Source of the DNA: Planctomycetota bacterium
GTDB lineage: Bacteria; Planctomycetota; GCA-002687715; CAIWVZ01
Assembly (NCBI GenBank): GCA_044222185.1
Contig: JBGANV010000005.1
Coordinates: 288,001-352,000, forward strand
Direction: 5' to 3'
DNA: 64,000 nucleotides
Shown here one piece after another: positions 17,129 to 26,788 of the stretch. The notes beneath the pieces were generated by a model. That model was not told the DNA's origin. It did not search any database and saw only the letters and a list, made by a program, of their open reading frames with translations. The position numbers and the translations under genes were made by a program. Numbering within the stretch: position 1 is the stretch's first letter; each line of letters starts with the position of its first letter.

Positions 17129-19126
17129 ATGAGATCTCTCCGACGCACGATCGCGAATGCCCTGTGCCTGGCACTCGGACTTGCAGCCGTCAGCTCAGCC
17201 CAGACCCAGGTGTTCGCGTACACCGGCAGCCTCCAGTCATTGGTCGTTCCGCCCGGCGTTTTCCAGGCCTACGTCCTCGCGGACGGCGCGAAGGGCGGGA
17301 ACGCGCTGGGAACCGGGGCGGTCGGCGGTGCAGGCGGCCGCATCGAGGCGCTCTTCAACGTGACGCCCGGCACATCCCTTCAAATCGTCGTCGGCAGACG
17401 GGGCACGAACACGACGAACGACAACGGCGGTGGCGGGGGCGGAGCCTCGTACGTCACGGTCGGCGGCGGCTATCCGGACTTCGCGACGCCGCTCATCGTT
17501 GCCGGCGGCGGCGGTGGCGGAAGCCGGCCGATCTCCGCAGCGATCGGCCCCGGCGGAGCCGGCGGAGTTCTGCTCGGGGGCAGTGGCCTCGGCGGGAACG
17601 GCGGCGGCGGTGCGGGCGGGGGCGGCATCCTCGGTAACGGGCAGCTCAGTTTCTGGGGTGGCGGAGCTGGAAGCGCCGCGATCAACGGCGCCGCAGGCGG
17701 AGCCCCGCATTCCTTCGCGACTGGCGGAGCGGGTGGCTACGGAGGCGGGGCCGGCGCGGGCGGCCGCGAGGGCGGTGGCGGCGGCGGCTACACGGGCGGC
17801 CGAGGCGCGCCGAGCAACGGCAACGCGCACGGAGGGAGCTCCTTCGCGAGTTGCACGTCGGTCATGACGAATACGCCGGGCGGCTCGCCGGGCCCCGACG
17901 GGCAAGTGATCGTCTCGTTCATCGCGCCCGCGTCCTATGCGTTCACCGGTTCACTGCAGAGCTACGTCGTCCCACTCGGGGTCAATGAGGTGGCCATCAC
18001 GGCGGCCGGCGCGAAGGGTGGAAACGCCCAGGGGGCCGGTGCGGTGGGAGGTTTCGGGGCAACCGTCCAGGCGACCCTGCCGGTGGTCCCGGGAAGCGTC
18101 CTGCAGATCGTCGTCGGTCGTCATGGGAACAACACGACGAACAACAACGGCGGTGGCGGCGGCGGGGCCTCCTACGTTGCCGTCGGCGGCGGCTACCCTG
18201 CCTTCGCGACACCGCTCATCGTTGCCGGCGGTGGTGGCGGCGGCAGCCGGCCGCTCTTCGCCGGCGTCGGTCCTGGCGGAGTTGGCGGTGCACTGCTCGG
18301 CGGCACCGGGCTCGGAGGGATCGGCAGCGGCGGTGCGGGCGGCGGGGGCATCATCGGTAACGGGCAGCTCAGTTTCTGGGGTGGCGGGGCCGGAATCGCT
18401 GCGATCAACGGCGCCACAGGCGGAGCGGCCCACTCGTCCGCAACCGGCGGTGGTGGCGGCTACGGCGGTGGTGCAGGTGCTGGCGGCCGCGAAGGAGCGG
18501 GGGGCGGCGGCTACACCGGTGGCGACGGTGCGCCAGGCAACGGCAACGCGCTCGGAGGAACGTCATTCGCCGCACCCTCCGCGACGGACGTCGTCCACAC
18601 GCCCGGCGGCAACTCCAGCGTCGACGGATCGGTGACCATCGTCCCGGTGATTCCGAACGTGGCCGGCGTCCTGAGTCTGCTCACCGACGTCGTGCCCTCG
18701 ATCTCGGCGCCCACCAGCCTGACGTCGGTGACGCCCAAGGCCGTCACCGCGGGCGAGGTGATGCGCTGGGTCGTGAATCAGGGCACGAGCCCGTGCTCGG
18801 GAGTCCCGCTCATCCTCGTCGCGAACGCTGGCGCCGAGGCCGCCTCGGAGGCCACGACGGCTGGCGTGCCCGGGTTCAAGCGATTCAGCAACCTCTCCGT
18901 TCCGACCGGGACGGCACTGGTCCTGGGCGATGGCTTCGGCCTGGGGACCCTGATCGGCATCCCGCTCGGCCCGATCGGCCCCAACTTCGTCGGCGATGCG
19001 CCGGTCGGGATCTCGCTGCCGAGCGGACTTCCCCCCGGATTCGAGATCCGGCTCCAGGCGGTGTCGTACTGCCCATGCGCTGGCGGGATCACCGTCTCGA
19101 ACGAAGCATCCTTCATCACGCAGTGA
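17129..19126 (+). CDS. Secreted protein with two tandem glycine-rich (ALK/LTK-like) domains and a C-terminal domain
   Basis: Signal peptide MRSLRRTIANALCLALGLAAVSSAQ; two copies of FxYTGSLQ..GAKGG..GGGGGAS..LIVAGGGGGG..GGGGYTGG. Confidence 0.8.
   Translation: MRSLRRTIANALCLALGLAAVSSAQTQVFAYTGSLQSLVVPPGVFQAYVLADGAKGGNALGTGAVGGAGGRIEALFNVTPGTSLQIVVGRRGTNTTNDNGGGGGGASYVTVGGGYPDFATPLIVAGGGGGGSRPISAAIGPGGAGGVLLGGSGLGGNGGGGAGGGGILGNGQLSFWGGGAGSAAINGAAGGAPHSFATGGAGGYGGGAGAGGREGGGGGGYTGGRGAPSNGNAHGGSSFASCTSVMTNTPGGSPGPDGQVIVSFIAPASYAFTGSLQSYVVPLGVNEVAITAAGAKGGNAQGAGAVGGFGATVQATLPVVPGSVLQIVVGRHGNNTTNNNGGGGGGASYVAVGGGYPAFATPLIVAGGGGGGSRPLFAGVGPGGVGGALLGGTGLGGIGSGGAGGGGIIGNGQLSFWGGGAGIAAINGATGGAAHSSATGGGGGYGGGAGAGGREGAGGGGYTGGDGAPGNGNALGGTSFAAPSATDVVHTPGGNSSVDGSVTIVPVIPNVAGVLSLLTDVVPSISAPTSLTSVTPKAVTAGEVMRWVVNQGTSPCSGVPLILVANAGAEAASEATTAGVPGFKRFSNLSVPTGTALVLGDGFGLGTLIGIPLGPIGPNFVGDAPVGISLPSGLPPGFEIRLQAVSYCPCAGGITVSNEASFITQ
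17212..18645 (+). repeat. Intragenic tandem duplication, ~723-bp unit
   Basis: CTCAGTTTCTGGGGTGGCGG at 17645 and 18368; matching protein blocks throughout. Ends approximate. Confidence 0.85.
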
Positions 19127-19800
19127 CGCCGAGCGAGCCGTCGAGGCGGCTGCAATCTCGGTCCCCACCACCCCGCGAGTTTCTCCGGCAGTTGCACCGG
19201 GCCGACATTCGCGGGGTTCGCCGCCTCGAAATCGATTCTCTTTCAGCGGAGCGCCGGATGGACCTGGCCGCGGTCATCGTTGGCGGCCGGTGGTTGATGC
19301 GCCTGCCGAGGCTGCCGCACTCGAGCTTGCGGACGAGCCGGCCGCCGGCCATCGCGTGCGCAGCACGTTTGGGAGGGCGCGCGCACCGAGGTGCGGGCTC
19401 GGCATTCGACTTCTCGACGGCGCCCGGTACGCGTCGCCCCGAGGCCGCAAAGCCCGTCGAGGAGTCCTTCGACGAGCGGTTGCTCCGCCGGTCGCGGCGC
19501 GCACGTCGAAACGCGCCGCCGAACCAGTTCATCGGGGGGTACATTCGTCCGCGTTCGTTGCGGGGCACTCGGAGCCGGTCTCATTCACGCCGGGTTCGTT
19601 GCAACATTCGGAAGACTAAACCGATCCAGTTCACGTGCGGCGCGGTGACGACCACGAACGATGCACGACGAGCGAGGTCAAGCCGTTGGCCTGGCGTGAC
19701 CCGCGCCGAGAACCAGATGTCGGTGCCCGAATGGCGACTCACCGGTCATCGAAGCTCGATACAGACGGTTCGCCGGCGGGGTCGCGTTTGGGGGTGCCAC

Positions 19801-21312
19801 ATGCCGAGGTTCCGAACGATCGTAGGGATGTTTGCCGTCGGATGCCTGTTCGGAGGATCGGCGGCCGGTCAGGTGCTTCATTTCGGGGCCCCGATCCTCA
19901 ATCTCGATGTCAGCGCGTCGCCGCAGCCGGCGGCTCTGCGCGGGATGCGGGTCACGGTAACCTGGGTGAACCCATCGACGAGTGCGAGCTCGCTCCAGAT
20001 CGTCGAGACGAACTCCAGCGGTCAGATCCCCTTTCCCGCAGGCCTCACGCCCCAGACGGCAATCGTCCTCGGGCCGCGTTCGCCGCGGATCATGGTCAAG
20101 CGGCCGCTCAATCTGCCGACCATCAACCTCATCCCGGGGCCATGGACTGTCACTGCGGATTACACGACGCAGCCGCTGGCGGTCGACGTCACCACACTGC
20201 CTTCGTCCCTGGCGCCCGTGCTGCCCCAACTCCCACCGCATCTCACCATCGCCGAGTGCTCTGCATTCCAACATGTCTACGACGCGGATATCGCGCTCGC
20301 CCAGAAGACCGGGACCACGTTCACGACGCTCCTCGACGTTGGCTTCGTGGCTTCTCCGGGCAGCTCCGTGCCGCAGTTCATCCACGGAAGCGCCGGCGTG
20401 GGTGCGCAGAACGATCGCATCGAGATCTACACCGGCGGGTCGAGCAACCCCCTCGACCCGAACTCCGCGCCGGCCGGTTGTTCGCCGTCGATCCTGGCCC
20501 ACGAACTCGCCCATCGAACGATCCACTTCCGGTATGGGGCCGGGATCAACATCGGCGGACTGATCGATGAGGCCCTCGCGGACTTTCTCTCGAGTGTTGC
20601 CACCGGGTCTCCGGTGATCGGCTCAGGGGTGCTCGCCACCCCGAGGGACCTTCGGATCGTCACGATGCAGGGACAATCGGGCGGGTCGGTCGCGCACCAG
20701 GCACTGCCGCTTTCCAGCGCTCTGTATCGGACGCGCGAGGCATATGCGGCGCACGACGGAACGGCGGCCGCGTTCGACGCCATGATCCCCGGCCTGCTCT
20801 CGCTGCCCGTGCCGCCCGCGACTTTCGAGGAGGTCCTCTGCGGACTGCTCAACCTCGACCTCGCCCAGCAGGGCGGCGCCTACCGAAACCTCATCCTGAA
20901 CGTCTTCGTGCAGCACGGGATCATCGCGCCCCTATCGTGCTTTCCGCCGGTTTTGACGACCCCCGGCGGCTGGGGAGCAGGATCGAGCCCGCCGCCGCAG
21001 GCGGCGGGCACGGCGTCAATTTCGAATTCGACGATCGCGATCACGGCGACGACCTCCGCGCCGCGTCAGGGACTTGCGGTCGTCAGCAGCCTCCCGCAGT
21101 TTCCGACGCTCGTCGCGCCACAGCTCTACGTTGCGGTCGACCTTTCGACGCTCGTGATCGGACCCGCCGTCGCCACGAATGCGACAGGGCATTTCACGCT
21201 GACGTCCTACTTGCCGCCAGGACTGCCGCCATTCGTCTTGGAGTTCGTGTTTGCCAACCCTGCGGGACCGTTCGGAGTCGAAGTCTCGAACGGCCTGCTC
21301 ATCCACAGTTGA
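19801..21312 (+). CDS. Secreted zinc metallopeptidase-like protein (M4/M36 gluzincin-like) with C-terminal domain
   Basis: Signal peptide MPRFRTIVGMFAVGCLFGGSAAGQ; ILAHELAH followed by IDEALADF; ends VEVSNGLLIHS. Confidence 0.65.
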   Translation: MPRFRTIVGMFAVGCLFGGSAAGQVLHFGAPILNLDVSASPQPAALRGMRVTVTWVNPSTSASSLQIVETNSSGQIPFPAGLTPQTAIVLGPRSPRIMVKRPLNLPTINLIPGPWTVTADYTTQPLAVDVTTLPSSLAPVLPQLPPHLTIAECSAFQHVYDADIALAQKTGTTFTTLLDVGFVASPGSSVPQFIHGSAGVGAQNDRIEIYTGGSSNPLDPNSAPAGCSPSILAHELAHRTIHFRYGAGINIGGLIDEALADFLSSVATGSPVIGSGVLATPRDLRIVTMQGQSGGSVAHQALPLSSALYRTREAYAAHDGTAAAFDAMIPGLLSLPVPPATFEEVLCGLLNLDLAQQGGAYRNLILNVFVQHGIIAPLSCFPPVLTTPGGWGAGSSPPPQAAGTASISNSTIAITATTSAPRQGLAVVSSLPQFPTLVAPQLYVAVDLSTLVIGPAVATNATGHFTLTSYLPPGLPPFVLEFVFANPAGPFGVEVSNGLLIHS

Positions 21313-21432
21313 CGCCCGGCGTGCCTTCGCATTCGCGTCGGCGCTCACATGGGTGTCCCACGATCGTCGACGCAGAGGGCTCGTCATCGCCGCAATCGCG
21401 CGTGGCGTTCACCGTGTTTTCGACGAAGCCAG

Positions 21433-21771
21433 TCACCGCAGAGCGAATGCGATGGACAGGCCGATCCCGACGATCGCGAGGGTGATCCAGAGGGCCAGGA
21501 GGACGCGACGGCGTCGATGGCTCTGATATCGGCTCCACCCCTGGCCATCGAGGAAGTGCCGGTCGTTGGGGGCGACACGCACGGCTCCTCCTCGAACGAG
21601 AGCCTCGAGGCGCCGCCTGTCGAGCGAACGTTTGGGCGTCAAGGAAATGGCGGTTTCAGCCGTCACTGCGCCGGCATCCGTGAGCGATCTGTGGATTCGC
21701 GCCTCGGACCGCCGCATCGCAATGGCGACGACGAGCGGGATCATGGTCGGGATGAATGCGGCTGCGCTCAT
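21433..21771 (-). CDS. Small hypothetical membrane protein
   Basis: Hydrophobic N-terminus, basic RRRR then a C-terminal TM helix. Start uncertain (21771 or 21831). Confidence 0.5.
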   Translation of the reverse strand: MSAAAFIPTMIPLVVAIAMRRSEARIHRSLTDAGAVTAETAISLTPKRSLDRRRLEALVRGGAVRVAPNDRHFLDGQGWSRYQSHRRRRVLLALWITLAIVGIGLSIAFALR

Positions 21772-22358
21772 GAGAGGGCCCCCGTCGTCGGCACACCGGA
21801 CGATTCGGCTCACCCGCATCGCTGGCCGCACGCAGCCCGCGACGGGTGGAGCCGCATGCTACAGCGCTCGCCGGGCTCCGCGTGGAGGTTCCGGACTCGA
21901 GCACGAATTCCGGGCGAGCACCGCGACAGGCTGGCCGCCTCTCAGCGGGGCCGGTCGGCGGTGGAACTCGGGCCGCTGCATCGCAGCTCGGACGTACGTT
22001 CGACCCGTATCGCCGAAGAGTCCAGCGCTGACGTTCAACGTCAAACGGGAGGGCAGGAAGCCGATCTCGTTGACGACGTTCCGGCCGTTGAACCGGATCA
22101 GTGCTCCAATTCCCTCAGAGCGCGGTCACACCCGCGATCAGGCGCTGATCAAGGCCACGGACGCCTTGCTCGGAGCCTTCCAACAGCGCCCAAACGCCCC
22201 CGCGCGTGCGCGGCACGCGGCGCCGGACTACGCAGGCCGACTGAATGTCACGCTCACGCGCGTCGGCGACGAGGTCACCGCGCGTCATGCGGATCGGTCT
22301 GGCGAAACGATCCAGTCTTCCGCGACGACCACACTTGGGACCGCACCGGCCGCCGGGA

Positions 22359-22895
22359 TCAGCTCTTCGACGTTCTCCTCGGATGCGCGCTCGCACCGTC
22401 GGTGCACGATTTGGCGCGGTCTGCGACGCCAGTCAGGCGAAGCCGACTCCCATTCGGTGCGCAGTCGACGTTCGGATCTCCACGAGCGATCCCGGCCTCG
22501 CCGCCCTGCACCCGATGACGACGTCCTGGAAGGGTCAGCGCCTCGCGCACTTCGGTTGGACGTTCGGTCTCACTGATGGAAGGCCTGGAAACCGCCCCGA
22601 TCATGAAGGCCCATGCACCGCACCGTGCTCCGTCTTCGATGCTCGCCCCCGATGCCAAAGCGCAGGCCGAGAGCGTCAGGCATGAGTGGAACAACTGTTG
22701 GACGGCGATCGGTGCCCGCGCCGTCAACTACCTCCACACCGCGACATCTCTCCATGACCTGCCGGCGAGAGACGACAGCAGCACCAGCCCTGCCACGCCC
22801 GGCATCGCGACGAGCAGCCCCGCGGCGACCAACGCGCCCACCCCAACCCCAAGCGCGCCGGCCTTCCACCAATCCAGGTGATCGAACCGGCGCAT
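22359..22895 (-). pseudogene. Possible disrupted membrane protein gene
   Basis: MRRFDHLDWWKAGALGVGVGALVAAG.. stops at TAG 22728-22730, and hydrophobic sequence continues in the same frame (ORF 22359..22727). Confidence 0.25.
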
Positions 22896-23064
22896 CGTGG
22901 ATGCAGGACGTCTGAGTTGCACGGGGCAACTCATACAGCCGCGATCGGAGTTGGCACCGAACGCATGCCGCGCCGGGCTCTTGATCGGGTGCGCCGGCAA
23001 GCGCGTCGGTCGGCGCATGGCGCAGCGAACGAGGGTCTCTGGCCACCTACGCATGAGCCCGGCG

Positions 23065-23469
23065 TCACGCAACAGTCGGGGCCCTCCGCTCCGCCGAGCC
23101 CATCCCGCCGTCGCGCCGCCGCATGCGCGAGAAGACGTACAGGTTCCCGAAGTGCATCGCACCGAGCACGAGCAGCACGAGGCCGATCTTCGTCGAGAAG
23201 AACTCGATGGCGGTCACGGAGTCGGTCGGCTTGGCTCCGTAGCGCAGCGCCAGGGTCACGTATCCCGTGTTGATCAGGTAGAACCCGACGAGCAGCAGGT
23301 GATTGATCGAATCCGCCAGCTTCTCGTTGCCGTGGGTGGCGTCGACGAGGAAGATCCGCCCGTTCTTGTGCAGCGTCTGCGCGACCCAGACCGTGAGTCC
23401 GATGCTGGCGAGCAGGTAGGTCACGTAGGTCCAGACGACGACCGCGCCATGCGCTTGAGCGATTTCCAC
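23065..23469 (-). CDS. Conserved hypothetical 3-TM membrane protein
   Basis: GTG start after GGAGAA; LTVWVAQTLHKNGRIFL..LADSINHLLLVGFYLIN..KIGLVLLVLGAMHFGN. Confidence 0.7.
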   Translation of the reverse strand: MEIAQAHGAVVVWTYVTYLLASIGLTVWVAQTLHKNGRIFLVDATHGNEKLADSINHLLLVGFYLINTGYVTLALRYGAKPTDSVTAIEFFSTKIGLVLLVLGAMHFGNLYVFSRMRRRDGGMGSAERRAPTVA

Positions 23470-23581
23470 GAGGGTTCTCCGGTTTCGGGGACGGTCCAGG
23501 CCGACGGGACGACTTGCCCGAGGCGCGGATCCATGGAGCCCATACCGGATCGGGACCGACGCGTTGCGCGCCCGACGAAAT

Positions 23582-25045
23582 TCAGGGCTTCCAGGCGGCG
23601 AGGAAACGGATGAAGTCGATCGTCGGAGGAAGGACGGCCAGGCCGAGGCCGACCCAGATCCCGGGTTCGCGTCGGAGCGGTCGCCCGACTCTGAGCGCAT
23701 GGAGGACGGCGACCCAGAACACGTAGAGCACCACCAGTTCGATGATCCCGCCCACGATCGGTGCGAAGACCGCCACGCCTGGTGACGCGCCCACCCCCTG
23801 GAGCAGCACGTGCACGCCGTACACGGCGACGGAGAACGCGCCCCACCGCAGCACGGTCTTGGAGTGCACCATCGGCGCATCGGGGCGGACCTCGTCAAAC
23901 CCCGTTCGCCTCCAATGGCGCCGCAAGAGGGCGTACCCGGTGATCGCGACGCAGAACGCCAGGATGGCGAGCAGCGTCCACCAGAGCTCGAAGCGCGCCC
24001 GCGAGATGATGCGGCCGTCGGGAAGGCGCTCGGTCGCGAGCATCACCAACGGCATCACCTCGTCGGCCCGCATCACTCGTGGCGTGACCGACTGCATCGC
24101 CGCGAACACGGCGAGGGCCGTCGATACGGATTGGAGGCACGCAACGACCGAGATCCAGAGACCCTCGTCGGAGGGCAGCGCGTCATGCCCGGCGCGCGAC
24201 ACGCCGGCGATACTCCGAATCGCGGTCGCCATGTCGCCCGCCGTCTGGAACCGATCCGACGGCGACGCCGCGAGGGCCCGCGCCACGATCGCGTCGATGG
24301 GCGCGGGTGCGGGCTGGAACGTTCCCACGGGGAGGACGCCCGTCACGAGTTGGTGGAGGAGCACGCCGACGGACCAGATGTCCATCCTCGGATCCGGAGG
24401 CGCCCCACCCGCGAGCGCCTCTGGTGCGAGGTACTGCGGAGTACCGACCACCCCGGACGATCGGGTGACGGTCCACCCCGCGCCGCGGTCGCCGGCGAGC
24501 CGCGCGATGCCGAAGTCGGCGACCTTCGCGTGGCCGGCCCCATCGAGGAGGATGTTCGCCGGCTTGATGTCGCGATGGACGATGCCCTGCGCGTGCGCGT
24601 ATGCGAGGGCATCGCAAATCTCGGCGACGACGGCGAGCGCATGGTCGCGCGACAGCGGCATCCGCGTCGACAACGCATTGCCGTCGACGAACTCCATGGC
24701 GACCCACATCTGGCCGTCGTCCTCACCGGATGCCACCAACCCGACGATGTTGGGGTGCGAGAGCGCCGCGAGGGCGCGCACTTCGCGCTCGAACCGCGCG
24801 CGCGCGTCGGCCTCGCGACTCACGGCCGGGGGAAGGAACTTGATGGCGACGTCTCGATCCAGTCCGCGATGACGCCCACGGTGAACGACGCCCATTCCCC
24901 CGCGGCCGATCTCGTCACCGACTTCGATGAGGCCGCCCACCACGACGGGTTCGATCTCGACGGACAACAAGCACCGCGGACACGCCTCGAACCGTGAAGC
25001 GTTCCAGGAGAAGCCACAACGCGTGCACGTGGGAGCCGGTGTCAT
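23582..25045 (-). CDS. Ser/Thr protein kinase with N-terminal Cys zinc-ribbon and C-terminal multi-TM domain
   Basis: CTRCG..CPRCLL; IGRGGMGVV, HRDIKPAN, DFG, GTPQYLAPE; about 5 TM segments. Confidence 0.9.
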   Translation of the reverse strand: MTPAPTCTRCGFSWNASRFEACPRCLLSVEIEPVVVGGLIEVGDEIGRGGMGVVHRGRHRGLDRDVAIKFLPPAVSREADARARFEREVRALAALSHPNIVGLVASGEDDGQMWVAMEFVDGNALSTRMPLSRDHALAVVAEICDALAYAHAQGIVHRDIKPANILLDGAGHAKVADFGIARLAGDRGAGWTVTRSSGVVGTPQYLAPEALAGGAPPDPRMDIWSVGVLLHQLVTGVLPVGTFQPAPAPIDAIVARALAASPSDRFQTAGDMATAIRSIAGVSRAGHDALPSDEGLWISVVACLQSVSTALAVFAAMQSVTPRVMRADEVMPLVMLATERLPDGRIISRARFELWWTLLAILAFCVAITGYALLRRHWRRTGFDEVRPDAPMVHSKTVLRWGAFSVAVYGVHVLLQGVGASPGVAVFAPIVGGIIELVVLYVFWVAVLHALRVGRPLRREPGIWVGLGLAVLPPTIDFIRFLAAWKP

Positions 25046-25048
25046 GCG

Positions 25049-25774
25049 TCAGCCGCTCAAGGCGGTGATGAGGTCCGCGATCTCTCGGTCGATTTCGGCC
25101 GGATCGTCCAGTGTCTGGGTCACCAGATCCCGGACGATCTCGCGGAACCGGACCCGTGCCCGGTGGATGAACGCCTTGTACGTGGTCGGTGACAGGTGCC
25201 AGCGGTCCGCAGCCTCGGTGATCGACCCGGACTGGCCGCGAAAAAACTCGACGAACGCCTCGAACGGGCCGACCCGGATGCCGCTCGAGAACTCGGCACG
25301 AAGCTGGTCGAGGGCGCGCTCGATGCTCGTCAGTGCCCACTCGCGATCGAACCCGTCGACGGCGTGCCCCTGCGCGCCGGATGGGGCAAGTTGCTCGGCA
25401 TCCGAGTCATCGATGGAGAACGGGCTCACCCCTCCGCCACGCTTGGCGGCGCGGCGCCGCTCGTGGGCGTGCGCGAGGTGGTTCTCGAAGGCCGTCCGGA
25501 GGTAGCTGCGGAACCGACCGCGCGCGGAGTCCCCGCCCTCGACGAGCGCGGTCTCGACGGCATGCGCACAGAAGTCCTGGACGGCGTCCTTCGAGTCCTC
25601 GACACCGAGGCCGCGGCGGCGAGCGCAGACGAACAGCGGCTTCCAATAGGAGGCGAGGAGGAGCCCGAGCGCGTGCCGGCGCTCTTGTGGCGATCGCCGC
25701 GCTGACCGCACGAGGGTCCAGTGTGTCGAGGGGAAATCCGCACTTCCACCTCCGGTCAGGGTGTCCGGGTTCAT
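25049..25774 (-). CDS. ECF sigma factor (kinase-associated)
   Basis: FPSTHWTLV, YWKPL, GRFRSYL, AAKRGGG, FDREWA; 3 bp before the kinase gene. Confidence 0.85.
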   Translation of the reverse strand: MNPDTLTGGGSADFPSTHWTLVRSARRSPQERRHALGLLLASYWKPLFVCARRRGLGVEDSKDAVQDFCAHAVETALVEGGDSARGRFRSYLRTAFENHLAHAHERRRAAKRGGGVSPFSIDDSDAEQLAPSGAQGHAVDGFDREWALTSIERALDQLRAEFSSGIRVGPFEAFVEFFRGQSGSITEAADRWHLSPTTYKAFIHRARVRFREIVRDLVTQTLDDPAEIDREIADLITALSG

Positions 25775-25884
25775 GAATCGCCGAGTGGCGCCTCGGCCGG
25801 CGCTTCTAACACCGGTCGATCAGGGCCCGGAACGCGGCGCGGTCCGAGACCACGTGATGCGACGGCGCTCGATCGACCTTCACA

Positions 25885-26778
25885 TCACTTCCCGCCGCGC
25901 CCCTTCGGCCGCGCGCGGGGGGCGTGAATCGTGCGGGCGAAGGCAGCCAGGTGCTGGAGGCTGTCGCCGTACGCCGAGTAGGACAGCTCGCGCCGCAGGG
26001 ACTCGGAGAGGCCGCGACCGCCGACGACCATGGCCGTGCCCGCGTCCTCCGCGGCCTTGCGGAACAGGGCGAATCCTGCGGCGAAGCGTGACGGGTCAGC
26101 CACGGACGAAACGCTCAGCCACAAGAGTCGAGGCCGCTCCGCCGCAACCGCCGCCGCCGCCGTGGCCGGCGGGTGTGATGGCCCGTACCACTCGGCGCGC
26201 CAGCCGAGTTCCCGCAGAGTCAGTCCTCCGAGCACGGGAGCAACGGTGTACGGATCACCCTCGAGTGTGAGCCCTATGGCCAGCGGAGCGCCGTCGGGCG
26301 GCGGGCCGATGAGACGTTCGAGTTCGTGCAGCGTACCCATGCAGATCTCGACGGCGCGGTGCTCGACGTAGACCTCGATCGCGTTCTCCTCCCACCGTTT
26401 GCCCAGGTTCTGCATCGCTTCGCCGATGACGCGATCGCCAATCTCCGCCACGCTGCTCCCGCGGAGAAAGAGCCCCAGGATGAGCCGCTCGAAGCCACGG
26501 CGATCGCCAGCCTCCAATGCCAACGCCGCAGCCGGCGCGGCGTTGTCGATGTCGGCGCCGGCGTCGACGACGTCGGCCGTCAGCCCGAGAATCCCCGGAT
26601 CGGCGACCACGCTCCCGCTCGCGCGGATGAACCGGACGACCGCCGCCGGCGTCAGCCGCCGATGCCCGCCAGCCGTGCGCTCGGAGTCGAGGAACCCCTT
26701 GTCGCACCACCGCTTCACGGACGCCTCGCTCACCCCCAGGGCCGAGGCCACGTGCTTGGGAGAAAGTGTCTGACGCAT
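25885..26778 (-). CDS. MerR-type HTH regulator with cobalamin-binding-like domain (CarH/LitR-like)
   Basis: N-terminal HTH (VASALGVSEASVKRW..RTAGGHRR), W-x9-EH motif, and a Rossmann domain with LWLSVS and VVGGRG. Confidence 0.8.
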   Translation of the reverse strand: MRQTLSPKHVASALGVSEASVKRWCDKGFLDSERTAGGHRRLTPAAVVRFIRASGSVVADPGILGLTADVVDAGADIDNAAPAAALALEAGDRRGFERLILGLFLRGSSVAEIGDRVIGEAMQNLGKRWEENAIEVYVEHRAVEICMGTLHELERLIGPPPDGAPLAIGLTLEGDPYTVAPVLGGLTLRELGWRAEWYGPSHPPATAAAAVAAERPRLLWLSVSSVADPSRFAAGFALFRKAAEDAGTAMVVGGRGLSESLRRELSYSAYGDSLQHLAAFARTIHAPRARPKGRGGK

Positions 26779-26788
26779 GGAACCTCCA

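Noticed and set aside
17129-19126. PE_PGRS protein
   Set aside because: No PE domain; it has a Sec signal and ALK/LTK-like glycine-rich blocks.
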